NCBI RefSeq assembly: GCF_037042905.1
Contig: NC_087250.1
Coordinates: forward strand, 15,068,001 to 15,132,000
DNA: 64,000 nucleotides
Reading direction: 5' to 3'
DNA from: Lytechinus pictus
Lineage: Eukaryota
A model generated the notes under the pieces. That model was given only the letters and a program-made list of their open reading frames with translations, ran no database searches and was not told where the DNA came from. Positions 61,405-64,000 of this stretch are shown piece by piece (position 1 is the first letter of the stretch; each line of letters begins with the position of its first letter). The position numbers and the translations under genes were made by a program.

Positions 61405-62220
61405 TGGGTGAGAGGGTGAGTGTGTGCTTGTTTTAAATGAAATGTGAGGGTGACTGTGTATGGATGAGAGGGTTTGTGTGTGTGTTAAGATGAAATGTGA
61501 GGGTGACTGTGTATGGATGAGAGGGTTTGTGTGTGTGTTAAGATAAAATGTGAGGGTGACTGTGTATGGATGAGAGGGTTTGTGTGTGTGTTAAGATAAA
61601 ATGTGAGGGTGACTGTGTATGGATGAGAGGGTTTGTGTGTGTGTTAAGATGAAATGTGAGGGCGAATGTGTATGGATGAGAGGTTGTGTGTGTGTTAAGA
61701 TGAAATGTGAGGGCGAATGTGTATGGATGAGAGGTTGTGTGTGTGTTAAGATGAAACGTGAGGGCGAATGTGTAAGGGAAAGATTTGATGAGGGTGTTAT
61801 ATGTGTTTGTGCTTTAGATTAAATGTGACGGCGGGTTATTATATGGTGTGTGTGTTGTATGAAATGTGAAGACGAATGTGTAGGCATACATGTGGATGAG
61901 GGTGCGGTGTGTGTTTCTGAGTGTTTGTGTGTTAGATGAAATGGGAGGGCAAAAGTGTTTGGGGGAGGGTGTGTATGTGTGTGTGTTGGATGAGATGTGA
62001 GAGCGATAATGGAGAAAAATTGGGTGTGAGGGTATGTGAGCGTGTGTGTTAGATGAAATCTGATGACAAATCCTTGTGGATGAGGATGTTTGATTTTGTG
62101 TGTTAGACGAAATGTAATGGCGTATGGGGAGGGTGTGTGTGTTACATGAAATGCAAGGACGAATGTGTATTGAGAACGTGTGGAGATGTTTGTGTGGGTG
62201 GGTGCAGGTGTGTGTGTTGT
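61405..62220. repeat. ~53-bp GT-rich minisatellite (about 6 clean units, then degenerate)
   Basis: Repeated GTGAGGGTGACTGTGTATGGATGAGAGGGTTTGTGTGTGTGTTAAGATGAAAT. Confidence 0.9.
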
Positions 62221-62592
62221 AGACTGGAAGACCGTACATCTGGCAGATCTTACTCAAAGATTAGTTTCATTACACTGAAGCCCGTTGCTGCTGCAAAGAT
62301 AAAACTTTGTGAGGCATATATATATACAAACAATCCCTGCCTTCTGCAGACGTAATATTCATGTCCACAGGGTAATATACTTTTTAATGGTTACTTTTTA
62401 CTGCCGTTGGTCTGATCAAACACTTTTACAGGGGCAAGCAAAATATATAATGTTGCGATATACGATTTGAATTCACTCGACTAGCCTCGTGTGGCCGCAC
62501 GTGAGAATCAGAACATTACAGATATATATATTCCGACAAACTCATCTTCAGTATTTGCAAGTTGGAAGTGTGTGGAAAAAGTTGGGGGAAAG

Positions 62593-63254
62593 TGTTAGTG
62601 TCGTGTTCGGGACCGGTAATATATATCTATATAGGTGAAGCTTAAATGAACTCTGAAGAGAGTATTGCAGTTCAAAATCACAGGGTATTCAATAATCAAT
62701 AATCAGCTACAGTTTACAATTTAAAGTACATGAAGATCTCAATGAAGATTCAGATAAAACAGGAGACGATGAATATGAATAATTTCGAAGTATAGGATAA
62801 AGATTCTGAAGTTAAATTAATATTGGACGGACGTCTAAGTCTTGAAGTCAGTCAGTTTATATGGATGAGTGTGGGTCTAATATTCTCTCTCTCTCTAAAA
62901 ATCAAGTCTTATATATATCATTAGTTTTGGGGGTGTAACAATTTAAGATGGGAGGAATCTCTAAACTTGATCTCATTGGTCTACAGGTAACTGTATATCA
63001 AACTTTTTCTGTTACTATGGGTGTGGTGATGCTCCGTGCAAGTGACTGGGGCTGGAAGTGTGAGTCATACTTCTTAGAACTTTTGTTCCTTGAAGTTAGC
63101 TGACGTCACTGAGGTTGGTCTTTTATGGTCAGGATTTAGGAGTTAAATGGTATAGGCGGTTTTGGAATTCTTAGATGACATTGGGGGAGTTTGTAAACAA
63201 GTAAAGGTGAATGACTAAAAGGATAACAGGAAGTTGAATACATACTACATAACA
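62593..63254 (+). mobile_element. Possible LTR preceded by a polypurine tract
   Basis: TGTTA..TAACA ends, with AAAAAGTTGGGGGAAAG immediately upstream; no TSD or coding remnant recognised. Confidence 0.4.
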
Positions 63255-63270
63255 TTAGTAAAGAAATCTA

Positions 63271-64000
63271 AGGCTTTTCACACAGTTATTAGAACTGTGA
63301 TCATTATTCGTCGGCGGTCATCCGAACCGTCGTATGCACATCGCGACGGTGCAAACCCCATTTCAGAGAAAATCGACTTCAAAGTTTATTTTAATTTTCA
63401 CAGTTAGTTCTTCAGCCTTACACCATATTCATTACTAAAAAAAATACATGGTTGGAAAGACCAAGACAGTTCCTTGACAATGGTATCCTTATTTTTACAC
63501 AAAACCAAGGATCAGAGAAAATATCGCAAAAGAGCTTCATGCTTGTTATTTCAGTTGAGCGGATTAGATTTCCCCTGTACAAAAAACGCCATAGGGAATA
63601 CAACAACCCTGACCGCGATTTCAAGGCGCGCGGTCAGTCAAAACGTCGTATCGCTTTTCACGTGCAAAGTCAATGCAGTGCAGATGACCGATACGACAGT
63701 TTGGCTGACCGCGCGAATTGAAATCGCGGTCAGTAAACACGTTGTATCCCTCTGCTACAGTGCACGTTTCCAATGGGATTTGCGCATTTTATTCAAAATT
63801 TGTATGGCATCGCCGTGAAAATCCCCTCATATCTCAGAAACTAAAATAAATTGCTGCCTAGAAATTCAGTTATGAATAACATAGGACTTGTGCATTCATT
63901 TTCTGCAAAAAACTCAAAATCTATTTTTTTTTAAACAAAAACTGACGGATGGACGCCGACGAATTTTTAGTCTAAGTTCAGATCGCATTATGGCTTTGAT
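63271..64000. mobile_element. Probable TIR element running to the window edge
   Basis: TTCGTCGGCGGTCATCCG (63307) is inverted against CGGATGGACGCCGACGAA (63946); internal GACCGCGATTTCAA inverted pair. Confidence 0.5.

Noticed and set aside
61619..62355. Cys- or His-rich ORFs resembling metal-binding proteins
   Set aside because: Translations of the GT-rich minisatellite.

Overview
AT-rich, intron-containing, repeat-dense animal genomic DNA. The repeat landscape and gene content suggest an echinoderm such as a sea urchin; this is an inference and was not checked. Two intact spliced genes can be assembled by hand. (1) A full-length PRDM9/Meisetz-type gene: + strand, 8 coding exons, 695-9174, ~800 aa, with ancestral KRAB, SSXRD, zinc knuckle, PR/SET retaining all three catalytic tyrosines, post-SET finger and a terminal 84-bp-unit C2H2 array that varies mainly in the recognition helix. 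Its zinc-knuckle exon start is present in four tandem copies. (2) A 3-exon orphan class A GPCR: + strand, 44544-55373, ~341 aa, with non-canonical motifs and an antisense RPL11 processed pseudogene in intron 1. A structurally complete but frameshifted DIRS1-type tyrosine-recombinase retrotransposon (~33781-40502, - strand; gag, RT, RNase H, methyltransferase-like, YR, ITRs and ICR) is nested in a non-autonomous element carrying periodic GCGAAGC motifs. The rest is LINE fragments, tRNA-derived SINEs, many MITE families (hAT, Tc1/mariner, Kolobok, CACTA-like, Harbinger-like, MULE, Helentron-like), minisatellites and microsatellites. All gene models and element classes come from manual reading; no searches were run.
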